Shown here in pieces: positions 16,796 through 17,974 of a stretch of 17,974 bases of DNA. This DNA comes from Candidatus Krumholzibacteriia bacterium (GTDB taxonomy: Bacteria > Krumholzibacteriota > Krumholzibacteriia > LZORAL124-64-63): contig JAWOID010000121.1 in NCBI GenBank assembly GCA_046484865.1, positions 1 through 17,974 on the forward strand, in the 5' to 3' direction. Under the pieces are notes generated by a model. The model was not told the DNA's origin and did no database searches. It saw only the letters and a list, made by a program, of their open reading frames with translations. The position numbers and the translations under genes are program-made. Positions within the stretch are counted from its first letter, which is position 1. Each line of letters begins with the position of its first letter.

Positions 16796-17460
16796 ACGAG
16801 CGCGACGACGAGGGACGCCTCCGGCAGCTCGGGTTCGCCACCCTCTGCATCCACGGCAAGAAGCATCTCGACAAGCACGCAGGCGAGGAGCCCATCCGCT
16901 CGGTGAGCACCCCCATCTTCCAGAGCTCCACCTTCGCGTTCCGCAACGCCGATCACGGCGCGGCCATCTTCGCGGGCGACGATCCGGGGTACGTCTACAC
17001 GCGCCTGGGCAACCCGACGCAGGCGGCGCTCGAGACCGAGATGGCGTATCTGGAGCGCGGCGAGGCGGCCCTGGCGCTCGCCAGCGGCATGGCCGCCGCC
17101 ACCACCGCGGTGCTCAACTGCTGCCGGCACGGCGAGCACATAGTGGCGGGCGACACCCTCTACGGCGGCACGCACCAGCTCTTCACGCAGACGCTGCCGC
17201 GCATGGGGATCGAGGTGACCGAGGTGGACGGCCGCGACCCCCGGAACATCGCCGACGCCATCACCGACCGCACCCGGCTCGTCTACCTCGAAACGCCGGC
17301 GAACCCCACCCTGGTGCTCACGGACATCGCCGCGGTGGCGGAACTGGCCCACGCGCGGGGCGTGCCGGTGCTGGTGGACAACACCTTCTGCACGCCGTAC
17401 CTGCAGAACCCGCTGGAACTGGGCGCCGATATCGTGCTGCACTTGAACCATCGGAAATGA
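16792..17460 (+). CDS. Cys/Met metabolism PLP-dependent enzyme (methionine gamma-lyase-like), 3'-truncated at ~17442
   Basis: PIFQSSTF, YVYTRLGNPT, ASGMAA, LYGGT, YLETPANPTL and VDNTFCTPYLQNPLELGADIVLH. GTG at 16792 overlaps the metK TGA, with GGAGG at 16781-16785. The expected S-x-T-K PLP-lysine motif and the C-terminal half are replaced by LNHRK-stop in AT-rich DNA. Confidence 0.88.
   Translation: MNERDDEGRLRQLGFATLCIHGKKHLDKHAGEEPIRSVSTPIFQSSTFAFRNADHGAAIFAGDDPGYVYTRLGNPTQAALETEMAYLERGEAALALASGMAAATTAVLNCCRHGEHIVAGDTLYGGTHQLFTQTLPRMGIEVTEVDGRDPRNIADAITDRTRLVYLETPANPTLVLTDIAAVAELAHARGVPVLVDNTFCTPYLQNPLELGADIVLHLNHRK
17442..17444. other. Abrupt compositional junction (GC-rich to AT-rich); probable chimeric join or insertion boundary
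   Basis: Base composition and codon usage change within a few bases, exactly where lyase homology stops (CTG CAC | TTG AAC). Confidence 0.9.
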
Positions 17461-17541
17461 ATATATAAGAAAACATTCAGTGTATTAGTTTGTATGGCAT
17501 AAAAATAAAACAAAACTGGTAAATAAGAAGGGATTTAATCA

Positions 17542-17974
17542 TTGAAAGATCGCATTCCGACCAAATCAATTGTTGAAGGCGCATTTCTTTCAGCGATTAC
17601 AGCAATATTATTTTTAGCAAGTTTGTATATACCATTGTTTGGGACCCTAATTAGTTTCTTATGCCCATTACCGATTATTGTATTATGTTTAAGACATAAT
17701 CTTAAAATTGCCTTACTTTCCCTGGTAATTGCATTTTTTCTGGTAACTTTATTAGCGGGGCCTTTTCAGGGATTGATTGGCATATTAGGTTTTGGAACAC
17801 TAGGGATTGCTCTGGGGATAGCAATTAAAAGAAAATTAAGCTTTTTGGAAATACTGCTGATTGGCAGTTTAACATCATTTATTTCAAAGATATTTTTGAT
17901 GTTAATTGGATTATGGCTTATGGATGTTAATCCTTTATTATTAAGCATTGATCAAATAGAAAGAAGCATCAACC
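17542..17974 (+). CDS. YybS/DUF2232-family membrane protein, N-terminal part (runs off the window; not in the ORF track)
   Basis: TTG at 17542 follows AGAAGGGA. The frame is open for 144 codons: MKDRIPTKSIVEGAFLSAITAILFLASLYIPLFGTLISFLCPLPIIVLCLRHNLKIALLSLVIAFFLVTLLAGP... This matches the tk.lvEgAll.ai...l.....yiP........P.P......Rh pattern of YybS. Confidence 0.82.
   Translation, partial: MKDRIPTKSIVEGAFLSAITAILFLASLYIPLFGTLISFLCPLPIIVLCLRHNLKIALLSLVIAFFLVTLLAGPFQGLIGILGFGTLGIALGIAIKRKLSFLEILLIGSLTSFISKIFLMLIGLWLMDVNPLLLSIDQIERSIN

Noticed and set aside
17766..17948. 60-aa minus-strand ORF
   Set aside because: It is antisense to the better-supported YybS-like frame.

Overview
Positions 1 to ~17442 are very GC-rich bacterial DNA (roughly 70% GC by eye) carrying mostly housekeeping and envelope genes. 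In order: the 3' part of a GT-C/ArnT-like membrane protein (+), an apparently 5'-truncated FlgD-Ig-like gene (-), fused isobutyryl-CoA mutase icmF (-), a Wzi-family outer-membrane protein (-), an 87-aa hydrophobic protein (-), a secreted two-subunit M16B zinc peptidase pair (-), a four-gene ABC-2-type transporter (-), then divergently metK coupled to a methionine gamma-lyase-like gene (+). At ~17443 the sequence switches abruptly to AT-rich DNA (roughly 30% GC by eye). The switch cuts the lyase just before its PLP lysine, and the AT-rich part carries a YybS/DUF2232-like gene that the ORF track missed. This is most likely a chimeric join. The best candidate for something undescribed is a ~220-nt, highly structured non-coding segment (7495-7712) behind a strong sigma70-type promoter, which matches no RNA family I recognise. 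A 19-bp tandem repeat also overlaps the putative icmF promoter. I found no CRISPR array, rRNA, tRNA, transposase or integrase, and no clearly novel multi-gene system.
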